Origin: Balanoglossus misakiensis | Lineage: Eukaryota; Animalia; Hemichordata | DNA length: 64,000 nt | Reading direction: 5' to 3' | Assembly (NCBI GenBank): GCA_040954595.2 | Contig: CM082598.2 | Span: 1,426,001-1,490,000, forward strand | Part shown: positions 1-9,613 of the stretch, in pieces | How positions within the stretch are numbered: the first letter of the stretch is position 1 | Layout: the number at the start of each line of letters is the position of its first letter | Translations under genes and position numbers: made by a program | The notes under the pieces: model-generated | Seen by the model: only the letters and a program-made list of their open reading frames with translations | Told to the model about the DNA's origin: nothing | Database searches by the model: none

Positions 1-827
1 AAGAACAAAGAAGTACACTCTGGGGATAAAGTAACAGTATGCAACTAAGATCACATTCAGAGAATCAAATCGACCCATCCAGTGACCTTCACCTGAAATG
101 ACCCTCGCATGTTTCACGATGTGACCTTACACGTACAACCGTTAAAATGTTCTTTGCATGATAGAAGTATCCTCACGGCATCTGCTCAAGATCTAGATTT
201 TATTGAGTGTACGTTCGCTGTTTTCTACAGTGCTCAATCTGCTTGCATGTGACAGTTGTCAATGTCAGACAATTTACATATTGACAATTAAGTATTATGG
301 GTAATTCCCCTTTGGGTGATGATGAACTCTTGATAAGTTCACAAGTTTTCAAGTCAGTCTCGCTTTGCTGTGCCGTGCTTTGTCCAGACAAGTCTGGGTA
401 AAGCTGAAAGTAATATGAGATCTGCTGCAAGCCAGAGTCAGAGACAAGCCATGGTGCTGATTTACTGCCATCTGACAGATTGTTTCGTGGTGACGCAAAC
501 ACAATTGGGATTACACCATATGCTTCTACCCTTGTGGCCAGCCAATGTGTGTATCATTCATGAGTTCAGAACATATTGCTACAGCCATGAACAATGTGTG
601 ATCATGTAAATATCCAGCAATATGCTTTGAACAGAAAAAAAATCTATTTCTGTACATTATCAATGCCATTACATATACATAACAATGCTTTCGGACTGTG
701 TGCATGAAATTCTCACTTTAGTTTGCCTGTTATCAATACTAGGAGCCAAGAGTACTTCATCATCCATTTAGCAAACATCTTGACTTGTAAACTGATTAAT
801 ATCTATATGTTACTTCCCACTGATCTC

Positions 828-910
828 TTGATCCCTTTATTACAATGGTTTGGTCCAAAACCATTGTTTTCTATGAAGATGGACCTGGGAAATGGGGGTG
901 GAAGGGTCAA
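828..910 (+). mobile_element. Short (~85 bp) MITE-like element, degenerate copy
   Basis: ttgatcccttt...atggtttggtccaaaaccattgttttctat...gggggtggaagggtcaa aligns by eye to the reverse complement of 59895-59985. Ends resemble TTAA+CCCTTT / AAGGG+TTAA inverted termini. Confidence 0.7.
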
Positions 911-1679
911 GTAGCAAGTAGCAGGAATTCCCCCGATGGGGAATTTTGAAAGGGGAGGGGGTTAAATAATTAGTTTATAGTGAACTACCTCACTGTAATA
1001 GATTGAGCAATGTGTAGCTGTTGATAATGCTACATTTCATCATAGGCCACACAAGAAAATTTTAATAAGATATCGCCAACTGTCTCGAGGAGGGGGCGTG
1101 GCAACAATTGACAATTTATTTGAAGGGGCATGAAGGTTCTTAACTTAATTATTATTGGGATAAAGTTTGAATACACGAAGCCACAGTCATGGCAGTGATG
1201 AGCATGTTCGTTTCATTCAGCTGTTCAAACGAATGTGCCAGTCATTACACAAACTGACCTACTTCGACCGCTCTCCCGAAACCAACGTAAACATTGATGA
1301 ATACAGGGTTTATAGCGTTTATTTTCTGTGGAAGACAGTAAGCCTTTTTTCAGCTACTGGTATTCTGTACAAAGGAGACTTTCATGCTTTCTGGTACACG
1401 TACACACGCGAGTTCGAATACAGACAACACACCATAGCTTGGTGTAATTAGATCCACTGTAGACAGGGTGGGTCTCTATATGTTTCCAAAAAGCGGCGAC
1501 CGCTTATTGCGTCATGCATATGGTAATCGACGATACCAAATTTGTACATGTACCCATCAGGCTGTGCCGAGCAATACCCCCTGCCGAATGTACAACAATT
1601 CTTCCAGTTGTGATAATTATCACGTTTCTTTCACACCTTTTTCAAAACACGTACTGCCTACTGGTCACTTAACACTTAC

Positions 1680-1778
1680 CTACAGCCGACTGTTAAATTC
1701 GTGTGCTTCGCGGATACAAGCCGGTGGACGATCCATCAGACGTCAGCCGTGATCAAAACTAGCTATTATCACCAGTCT
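1680..1778 (-). other. Candidate non-coding (5'UTR) exon of a minus-strand gene continuing towards or beyond the window start
   Basis: Acceptor tttttttcaag| at 1779/1778 and donor TAG|GTAAGT at 1680/1679. No reading frame runs through it. An upstream donor AAG|GTAGTC at 1851 would give a 71-nt intron. Confidence 0.35.
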
Positions 1779-1858
1779 CTTGAAAAAAATAAATGAAGAA
1801 TAACGGCACATGCAGAGTCTTAAATTTCCACACGAACGATTACAGACTACCTTAAATA

Positions 1859-1940
1859 GCGGCCATTTTCCTCATTTGCATATCAAAATATGAGTCATTC
1901 GCTGTGTTGTGTAATTCGATATTTCGTCGGTGGTGGCGCT
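1859..1940 (-). promoter_or_regulatory. Promoter-like motif cluster: YY1 (AAAATGGCCGC on minus, 1859-1869), octamer ATTTGCAT (1874-1881), AP-1 TGAGTCA (1891-1897)
   Basis: Motifs read directly, lying immediately upstream of candidate minus-strand 5' exons. Confidence 0.4.
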
Positions 1941-2204
1941 CGCCATTGCCTGCTACCTGAATTACCCTACCTTTCGTTTGTTTTTAAGTTGTTCAAACTC
2001 TGTTTATTGTTACGAAAGAAAGCCTTTTTAAAGCCATTTATGTTATTTGTCAGTTTTGTATTTATTAATGTCTCCTCAGTGATAAAAGAAAAGGGTGAGC
2101 GCGTTAACTGTAACGGCAGGTGAGCTTCCAAAGTTCACGAGCGCGCCACTTTGTGAGTGAAGTCCCGTGCCCTTTTAAGGTGATCGTCGTACAGATACAT
2201 GCGA

Positions 2205-2210
2205 TTTATT
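2205..2210 (-). other. Candidate polyadenylation signal AATAAA of the coiled-coil gene
   Basis: tttatt on + strand, about 460 nt downstream of the predicted stop at 2672. Confidence 0.3.
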
Positions 2211-2671
2211 TGTTTGTCCTAAACTAAAAGATTACATTTACAGAAATTTCCAAATTTGGAGGTATTGATAAAAGAACTTGTACAAAAACAAGTTCTGGCT
2301 GCAATAACTACACTATATTTGGTAAAGTTCGTATGTATATGAGGGAATCATCAGGCGATCAGGAAAAATGACGTGATGAAAATTCGTCGTGTTGTCTACA
2401 CCGATCCTTCACGAATATATCTACGACCTTTCCATATGATGATGTCATCACCTTCCCAGCTGTTTTCTTCGACAAACTTCGCCAGCATTTGCTTGCTGAA
2501 CTCAATAGCTGCGACAAGAAAAGTCAGTTTCACCCGATTGTTCATTCCTTGGTACGGTTTTATATTCGTTTAATGGCGTTTCATCCGTATCAACCAGTAG
2601 CCGTGCATTTGATTAAGTAGTTATCTACAGTATGGAGGTCAACGGTAACTGGCCCCGACATGAAACGTGTA

Positions 2672-2683
2672 CTACCTGATAAG
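2672..2683 (-). CDS. Uncharacterised coiled-coil protein, predicted terminal coding exon 7 (LIR*)
   Basis: Acceptor tttgtttctcag| then ctt atc agg TAG; phase 0 matches exon 6. An alternative acceptor 8 nt downstream is possible. Confidence 0.4.
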   Translation of the reverse strand, partial: LIR

Positions 2684-2842
2684 CTGAGAAACAAACATGG
2701 ACTTTGAAATGTCAATAAAGTTTCTGCCGAATAGGTAACTTCCGCAGAACAGAGCACTTCCGTAAAAAAAAGCCAATGATACAGCAACGTCGCCCATTGT
2801 TGAAAATAATAGTTTTGGCAAAAAAACTGCAAATTTACTGAC

Positions 2843-2887
2843 CTCGTTGTCTGTCACAGGCGTGGATGCCGAGTACATAAGCAAATC
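2843..2887 (-). CDS. Uncharacterised coiled-coil protein, exon 6 (DLLMYSASTPVTDNE)
   Basis: ttacttttag| ... GAG|GTCAGT; 45 nt, phase 0/0. Confidence 0.55.
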
Positions 2888-3038
2888 CTAAAAGTAAATC
2901 TTCAATGGCGTTGTGAGAATAGGCAAATGAATGACTGTACGATTCCAATCCTGTAGGTGAAACAGTGTATTTTATAGTGAGAAAAGTTTGTTTTTTGGGG
3001 GGATGACGGGATTGGGGATGTCAACCATCCTCCCTCAC

Positions 3039-3100
3039 TCCGATCGAGGTAATTCCTGAATAAACTGAGCTCGCCTTCAGATCAGAACTAGTACGCGTGA
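3039..3100 (-). CDS. Uncharacterised coiled-coil protein, exon 5 (ITRTSSDLKASSVYSGITSIG)
   Basis: cacctcag| ... GGA|GTGAGG; 62 nt, phase 1/0, which exactly bridges exons 4 and 6. Confidence 0.55.
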
Positions 3101-3228
3101 CTGAGGTGTGTCAACATATAATTATTCTTAATATTTTGGTCTCAGTTGATATCTTCAACTCTTGAAGAAATTGTGTACCGAGCTTGCGACCCCGATAGTT
3201 ACACGAGAACATTTTGTATCAAACTTAC

Positions 3229-3333
3229 TCGCTTGACTTTCTTGGAAATGAAGAGCGATGTTTAATCTTTCGTTCTCCTCTCTCAACGCTTGAATCTTTT
3301 GGCCCAAGTCTTCTAAAATACGTTTACTCATGG
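3229..3333 (-). CDS. Uncharacterised coiled-coil protein, exon 4 (TMSKRILEDLGQKIQALREENERLNIALHFQESQA)
   Basis: tttattttcatag| ... A|GTAAGT; 105 nt, phase 1/1; heptad-like L/I periodicity. Confidence 0.7.
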
Positions 3334-3377
3334 CTATGAAAATAAACATAACATCATAGGAGTGTGATGGACGCATG

Positions 3378-3380
3378 GAC

Positions 3381-3417
<37 letters not shown>

Positions 3418-3447
3418 CACAGACACACAGATAGACAGACAGACAGA
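3378..3447. repeat. (AGAC)n/(AC)n compound microsatellite, intronic
   Basis: Visible gacagacagac...acacacagac tandem array. Confidence 0.95.
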
Positions 3448-3524
3448 CCGATATTGCCACGGTTCAGTTGGTCGACGTCGATGAGAAAAGAAATTACTCA
3501 ATAATGAAGGACGAAAGTGCTTAC

Positions 3525-3650
3525 TTTGCTGCCTGGAAAATTCATTATCATCATTCTTAGCAGGAAGGAAATACCCTGGCCTGTCTTGGATGTCATCATA
3601 CTTGGTCTTCTGTGACGTTCTCTGCATATCATCTACGATGCTTGCAACAC
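3525..3650 (-). CDS. Uncharacterised coiled-coil protein, exon 3 (RVASIVDDMQRTSQKTKYDDIQDRPGYFLPAKNDDNEFSRQQ)
   Basis: ttttgtgatag| ... A|GTAAGC; 126 nt, phase 1/1, open frame. Confidence 0.65.
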
Positions 3651-3701
3651 CTATCACAAAATTAAAATAAGTAAATTTTACAATTTTACACTGTCGAATA
3701 T

Positions 3702-3751
3702 TCCTCTCTCTCAGTCTCTCCCCTCTCTCTTTCTTTCTTTCCCTCTCTCTA
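3702..3751. repeat. (CT)n-rich low-complexity tract
   Basis: tcctctctctcagtctctcccctctctctttctttc... Confidence 0.85.
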
Positions 3752-3821
3752 TATACTTAGTCACTTTCTTGCAAACAGACCTGGATGTCATGCTTCAAAA
3801 TGTTCATAAAATACTTCTTAC

Positions 3822-3927
3822 GCTGTCTCTTGTCCTGAAAAGCTCTGTTCACATCTCTTCTTGTGGTGAGAGCTCGCAATACTTGGAGTTCATATTGAAT
3901 TGTTCGTACTGCAGTCACGGCTTCGGC
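3822..3927 (-). CDS. Uncharacterised coiled-coil protein, exon 2 (AEAVTAVRTIQYELQVLRALTTRRDVNRAFQDKRQ)
   Basis: ccccgtttcag| ... C|GTAAGA; 106 nt, phase 0/1. Confidence 0.65.
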
Positions 3928-4186
3928 CTGAAACGGGGACAAGACAAGTGACACCAGAAGTATCGTGGTTTTGTTCTATGTCAGCCTAATATCGCCATCT
4001 ACGTTTTGGTTATAAGTAAAAGCTCGCATGTTGGCTTCCATTTTTCCTATAAGTAACAAAACGACAAATCTTTTTCTCAAAGTCGTAACAAATGGGATTC
4101 AAGACCGACAAAAAAATTACACGGGCCCGTCACACAAACTTTTGATGCGACTGGCTTGCAATCAAATATAAAACTGTCTCACTCAC

Positions 4187-4384
4187 AAGTTGTGTTTTTA
4201 GTTTCTTGTATTGTCTCCTGGTATACAGTAGACTGTGAACGTGTTTTGAATTCACGCGTGTCTGTGTTCCTGTTGAGCGTCCATCCTCTCGATCGAGTAG
4301 AATCTCTTCATTACTATTTGTACCACTGCGTTTTGAAGACGCGTTTGCCACTGGCGTGATCGGCGACGATTTGCTCCGGAACAT
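4187..4384 (-). CDS. Uncharacterised coiled-coil protein, first coding exon (MFRSKSSPITP...RRQYKKLKTQL)
   Basis: ATG at 4384 preceded by an in-frame stop; donor CTT|GTGAGT at 4187; 66 codons, phase 0. Confidence 0.65.
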
Positions 4385-4526
4385 TTCTCGTCCTTGCTAA
4401 GTCCTGAGCAGGCAGCGGTCAGTGTCAACTACCGGGGATGAAAAAGCGAATTTGTAAAGACGAAGTTTTGGATCTGTCAAATAATGCAAACATGCATGTC
4501 ACTACAAACTAGAACCTTCGAATAAA

Positions 4527-4540
4527 CTTACCATGGCAAC
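4527..4540. promoter_or_regulatory. RFX X-box-like palindrome (cTTACCATGGCAAC), overlapping a minus-strand ATG|GTAAGT donor
   Basis: 13/14 match to GTTACCATGGCAAC, about 145 nt upstream of the ATG of the coiled-coil gene. Confidence 0.5.
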
Positions 4541-6540
4541 GATTGTCTACGCGTTTCCAAGGTTCCCGTTGGATTCGAATGACAGCATGTGGGCGCCACC
4601 AGCGGTGGAAACTGCGATATACTCAAAGTTGCAACTGCTCGATCTTCGCTCATATTTGCTTCAAAGTGGTCATAACGGACAGAAAAAAATGTTTAACGTT
4701 TTAATAGACTTCAACATTTATCATATTATGCCCATACATACCCAGATTCAACTTAAAAATATATACCACCAAGCTACATGAGTGACAACAATGACACATT
4801 GAAATTTTAACATAATATACCATAACTTGTATTTTGACCATTTTCGCTTCTGTACACCTATTTACAATGTAAAATATCCACACATTTACGGTCATAAAAT
4901 ATGATATGCTATTACAACTACAACTCACAGCCGACAGGGCAATAACAGATGATTGTATCTTGGCTAATCATAATTCTACCTTGGTAGATTTTGTAAATGA
5001 TTCACATTCGTAAAGGCATTAAAATAATAAATAATTTGTATGTGGACGAATAAAACTATAAGCGTATTCAATATGGAGTAATGATCATCAATATATTCTT
5101 TGATGTATGCTTAAAATAAAATATTGTGTTATGTAAGTTTGACATTTGATACATGTATCCATATTTAGGATGTAGAGAAATCAGTATTTGACCAGACCAG
5201 AAAGGCCAGCAGGTTGATTTGACGACATGAAAAGTGTCATTTTATCATGAAATGCAAGGAACAGTTTATAATCTATTCACAACTGTCTTCATATCATGTC
5301 ACTTTAACCATAACATCATTGGATCTATGATCGAATTAACTCAAGTCAACAACGATGAGTTATATTAAGTTATAACATGAAAAACAAAACACTTGGCATA
5401 TATCATACATCATACACAGTATTATATAAGTTATATGTATGTCTTCATATAATATTGGTCCCAGTTTTGTAAATTACATGGCTAAGTGATACCATTATTG
5501 CTTGATTAAAATATAAAATCATAAATGATTTTGTGCGATAACACTGAGAATGTGCAATACCTTTACGTGTATTTGTTTGAAAATCCCTCAGACAGAGTAA
5601 ATTTATATTTAACATCAAGCCTTAATATCTGTGAACGAGCTTGAGCAAAAAACATCTGAAAATGACTTTGCTAAATGTGATCGGCATATTTTGAAAACTT
5701 ATAATAATAAGCTTACATATTGTAAGCGCTACTCCTCAGAAAATGTTGCATTTTAGACAAAATGATCAATGGTTATTAAATTTGTGTTTCAGGCGTCTCA
5801 AATTTAACACAGCACTTACATATGGCAGTTTTAACAGCTATTATAACAGTTATTGCCATATGCGAACAGTATATGTAGCATTTTTAATCTGCTTTTTGCA
5901 TCACTCTACATTGAGTAATAAGCTATATGATGACACATTGAAATTTTCTTAACTTACAAACGCAATCATAATTTTCCATTAAGACATTCATATGATTATT
6001 GTTATACACATCACTATGCTTCATCTGGAACGTTACGGCAAAAATATCACCTGACTCATCAGGCTGCAAGTTTACTTTACATTGCTATGAAGTGACGATG
6101 ATAGTTCTGATGTGGAATGTATATGGCTTCCATATGTTAGCAATTGGTCCTTCTAGAATAGGTGACACCAAATAAAAACTGTTGTTGATTATGACGAAAC
6201 TTCGTATTAAACAATGTATTAAACCACAAACCTATCAAAACTAAACCTTTTCTGTTTGTAAGAACCATTCAAATTCGCCAGTCTCTTGAGTTTGACAAGC
6301 TTTGTTATATCTACCCTGATTACATTGCAACCAAGTTGTATTCTTGGCAGACTTATCTGAGATTCTAATCTACCGGCGAGGTTAGGTTCGTCAAAAGGAT
6401 CTGCTTCCTATAACACCGAAACCACTACCTCCAATCACGCGTTTTGGACCCTCTAAGTAACCTTTCTCTACAGAGAATAGAACCAGCGGTCTCCGTCAAT
6501 ATTTGAGTAAACCTTGCAGACATTGAACGTCCCGGTTAGT

Positions 6541-6696
6541 TCACTCTTGAAGGGTGTGCCACATTGCAGTGGGTTTCCTTTGCGCATGCAGCATGTCGTT
6601 CCAGTGTTCGTGTCCTGTGCCATCAAACTCCGGTCCAATGTCACACTTTCCGATAATCTCGCTGTGCCCAAGAAGATCATAGTCAACCACTGTGAC
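6541..6696 (-). CDS. Syt: Synaptotagmin Syt-A exon 7, C2B C-terminal part (VTVVDYDLLGHSEIIG...WHTLQE*)
   Basis: ttctattgatag| acceptor; DYD loop 3, HW..ML...RKP and the synaptotagmin WHxL C-terminal motif; TGA at 6541-6543. Confidence 0.95.
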   Translation of the reverse strand, partial: VTVVDYDLLGHSEIIGKCDIGPEFDGTGHEHWNDMLHAQRKPTAMWHTLQE

Positions 6697-6950
6697 CTAT
6701 CAATAGAAAACGAGGAAGACCAAACCAAAATGATAGACATCTCCTTTACAAAAGCAACACAATGATTGTTGGAGAGTTTGTTAGACCCACTGAACAAGGG
6801 TTGAACCTTAATGCGCATGCATGCATACTGGGTGATATGCTTTATTTCCAATGATCTCGGACATAGCATTCATACTTTGACTATCATTGCAAATGTTTAA
6901 GTCTTCAATGATACAATTTCGCTCATTTTGATAGAGTCAGGATGTCTCAC

Positions 6951-7099
6951 CTCGAGACTCGTGTGTTTTAAACTCTCAGTCGGAATGTTGAAAACCAGCG
7001 CTTCATTCCACACGGGGTTTCGATTATTCTTCCGTACGGCCGTCTTCTTCTTTTTAATCCTTTTCCCGTTTTGTAACAGCGAAACTTTGACGTACGGAT
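6951..7099 (-). CDS. Syt: Synaptotagmin Syt-A exon 6, C2B (DPYVKVSLLQNGKRIKKKKTAVRKNNRNPVWNEALVFNIPTESLKHTSLE)
   Basis: tttaccag| ... GAG|GTGAGA; DPYVK and polybasic KKKK motif; phase 1/0. Confidence 0.96.
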
Positions 7100-7305
7100 C
7101 TGGTAAAGAAACATGAACACCACCAAATATTTCAGTCAGATATACCCAAGATCAAGTCTACATTTCACTCAGACCACAAGTCAACTTTGGCCAATTGGAA
7201 GCATATCTATCAGTGATCAATAATTGACTGATTTTAAGATGGTTCTTCTTACAATTTTCAGTCTGTGTGACGGTTAGATGTGTCCTTTTCGTGGCTAGCA
7301 TTTAC

Positions 7306-7426
7306 CTGAACTTCCGTTAATGTCCATGGCTTTTAAGTTCCTCGCTTTCATGATGACTACTGTCAGTCTCTCTGCAGTCGGTAGATAACTCAGCGAAAAT
7401 AACAAGTCTCCCAGCTCTGCTTGTTT
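7306..7426 (-). CDS. Syt: Synaptotagmin Syt-A exon 5, C2B start ([40 protein letters not shown])
   Basis: ttactatag| ... G|GTAAAT; classic C2B beta1-loop1 sequence; phase 0/1. Confidence 0.96.
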
Positions 7427-7462
7427 CTATAGTAACAAAATAGATGGCATGTAACAACGGCA

Positions 7463-7515
7463 ATGATGATGGTGTTGTTGATGATGATGGTGATGGTGAT
7501 GGTGATGATGATGAA

Positions 7516-7556
<41 letters not shown>

Positions 7557-8048
7557 CGATGAAGATGGTGATGATGATGATGATGACGATGAAGATGGTG
7601 ATGATGATGATGATGATGATGATGATGACGATGAAGATGATGATGAGGATGAGGAGGAGGAGGAGGAGGAGGAGTTGTCGGAGTTGGAGGAGTTGGAGGA
7701 GGAGGAGGAGGAGGAGGAGGAGTTGGAGGAGTTGGAGGAGGAGGAGGAGGAGGAGGAGGAGGAGTTGGAGGAGGAGGAGGAGGAGGAGGAGTTGGAGGAG
7801 TTGGAGGAGGAGGAGGAGGAGGAGGAGGAGTTGGAGGAGTTGGAGGAGGAGGAGGAGGAGGAGGCTGAGGAGGAGGAGGAGGAGGAGGAGGAGTTGGAGG
7901 AGGAGGAGGAGGAGGCTGAGGAGGAGGAGGAGGAGGAGGAGGAGGAGGAGGAGGAGGAGGAGGAGGAGGAGGAGGAGGAGTTGGAGGAGGAGGAGGAGGA
8001 GGAGGAGGAGGAGGAGGAGGAGGAGGAGGAGGAGGAGGAGGAGGAGGC
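7463..8048. repeat. Compound trinucleotide tract (GAT)n then (GAG)n with TTG/GCT interruptions, inside Syt-A intron 4
   Basis: Directly visible; fills most of the 705-nt intron 7427-8131. Confidence 0.98.
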
Positions 8049-8131
8049 TGATCTGAGTTCCCTGTCCTGTTCTGTCGCTTCATTCACGACAAGTGCTAGA
8101 AGAAATCAGCTAATTCTGAACAGTTTCTTAC

Positions 8132-8338
8132 CACAGTGCAAGGCTGCAAATCACACCACACATCAACTTCTCGTGAAACGTCAATTTCTCTGAGAATAAC
8201 TTTCACTTCACCAATGACATCATGGCGAGAGAACTTGTCAAAGTCATAGACAGTGAAGTAAAGCGTCTTGGTCTGTAACTCATCGTATGTGGTCGGAAAT
8301 TTAAATGTCTCGTTGAACATTGGGTTCAAAGTTCGTCT
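8132..8338 (-). CDS. Syt: Synaptotagmin Syt-A exon 4, C2A C-terminal half (RRTLNPMFNETF...YDFDKFSRHDVIGEV...WCDLQPCTV)
   Basis: actttacag| ... GTG|GTAAGA; 69 codons; TLNP.FNE and YDFD.FS.HD.IG C2A signatures. Confidence 0.97.
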
Positions 8339-8489
8339 CTGTAAAGTAAGAAATAAATGGCACACTGTTACAGCAAGATTACTGTGTCACATCAGAAGTA
8401 AATCTATAACAGGATACGAAATGAAGGTCATATTTTACTGTGTGAATAAAACTCAATAAAATTCAATAATCATATTCAAATATCCCAAC

Positions 8490-8593
8490 CTGCACTAGCG
8501 TTTGACGTAATTTTCTGTCTTCATCAGGAATAAGAAACACTTTCACATATGGGTCACTAGAGCCTCCAAAATCCATCTTTGGTAAATTTTCAG
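8490..8593 (-). CDS. Syt: Synaptotagmin Syt-A exon 3, C2A ([35 protein letters not shown])
   Basis: ctatcacag| ... CAG|GTTGGG; phase 1/0. Absent from the ORF track; found by reading the minus strand. Confidence 0.95.
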
Positions 8594-8770
8594 CTGTGAT
8601 AGTGTATGACAAAAATTGTTAACATAAAACACCATAATATTTGCATGTGTGTTTCATAATTAAACTCATTAATTCATCAACGTGAGTTCCAAGTGAGGCT
8701 GCGGGCGATGTATACTATAGGCAAATAGACTTAAAGGGAGGCAAACAGACATACAGCCAACTAACTAACC

Positions 8771-8836
8771 AGACAGACCAGCAGACAGACAATAAACTAA
8801 ACACAGAGACAGACAGACAGAAAGACAGACAGAGAC
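8771..8836. repeat. Imperfect (AGAC)n microsatellite just inside Syt-A intron 2
   Basis: agacagaccagcagacagac...agacagacagaaagacagacag. Confidence 0.85.
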
Positions 8837-8847
8837 TGCACTCTTAC

Positions 8848-9148
8848 CCTGAATGACATCAACGGTGAGATCAGATTTGTCAAAATCATACTTGAGTTTG
8901 AAGTGAAGCTTTCCAAGTTTCTTGACTTTCCCTTGCCTTTCGTTTTGCATGACAACAATGTCATTGCTCTTGGCATACAAGTCAGGCTTGACAGCCCCAA
9001 TTTCAGATTCAAAGAGTCCATTTGTTGACTCGCTGCTGACGCTCCCTTGCTCTGAATCAGAACCAGCGTTTGAAGCTGCTGGTGATGGCGGCCCAGCAGC
9101 TCTGTTGGGTGGTTGCACTTTCACTTTTTCTTTTGGAATGAAGAATTC
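8848..9148 (-). CDS. Syt: Synaptotagmin Syt-A exon 2, linker and C2A start (EFFIPKEKVKVQPP...IGAVKPDLY...LGKLHFKLKYDFDKSDLTVDVIQ)
   Basis: ttgccttatag| ... G|GTAAGA; G.(I/V).P(D/E)LY pre-C2A motif and LG.L.F.L.YD C2A start; phase 0/1. Confidence 0.94.
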
Positions 9149-9594
9149 CTATAAGGCAAGATATCAATAAATAAAGAGAATGAAAGTAAAATATAACGAT
9201 ACATAGTTTTGCGATAATCCAACACAATAGAAAGAATGTAGAAAAAAGACAGTCTGGACAGGAGTGCAAAATGAGTTGTAGTTATTAGATAAACTATGAC
9301 CTGGTGTCCTTGGAAGTGCATGCACTTATTACAATCTGACGTGTTAATTAATCGGTGGTGATGACAAACGGTAGGCACTATCAAGATTTCCTGCGAGCAA
9401 AATATTGATTTCCTGCAAACTGATGGTAGTTCCGATAACACAAATTCTGGGAATAGAGTGGTTGCGTGGGTAGGATAGAGCAGTTCAATAGTTGTTATAA
9501 TCTCAAGTGTCTCAAGAAGGAGGTGAAATTTGGCAAATTAACACGCAAAGCAATGTTTTATGTCTATCTGTATGTCTATCTGTATGTAATTGCG

Positions 9595-9613
9595 TGTGTG
9601 TGTGTGTGTGTGT
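9595..9613. repeat. (TG)n microsatellite
   Basis: gtgtgtgtgtgtgtgtgtgt. Confidence 0.9.

Noticed and set aside
200-609. ORFs of 100 aa (-) and 79 aa (+)
   Set aside because: No motif and no phase-consistent splice partners found.
2390-2570. Minus-strand open frame (MNNRVKLTF...EGSV) as an extra exon of the coiled-coil gene
   Set aside because: No acceptor in a compatible phase and an in-frame stop just upstream; more likely 3'UTR.
6468-6869. 133-aa ORF overlapping the Syt-A last exon
   Set aside because: Wrong frame; the real C2B coding frame is 6696-6541.
7317-8193. Long ORFs encoding poly-Ser, poly-Pro/His, poly-Asp/Glu and poly-Met/Arg
   Set aside because: Artefacts of a stop-free trinucleotide repeat inside a Syt-A intron whose flanking exons join in frame without it.
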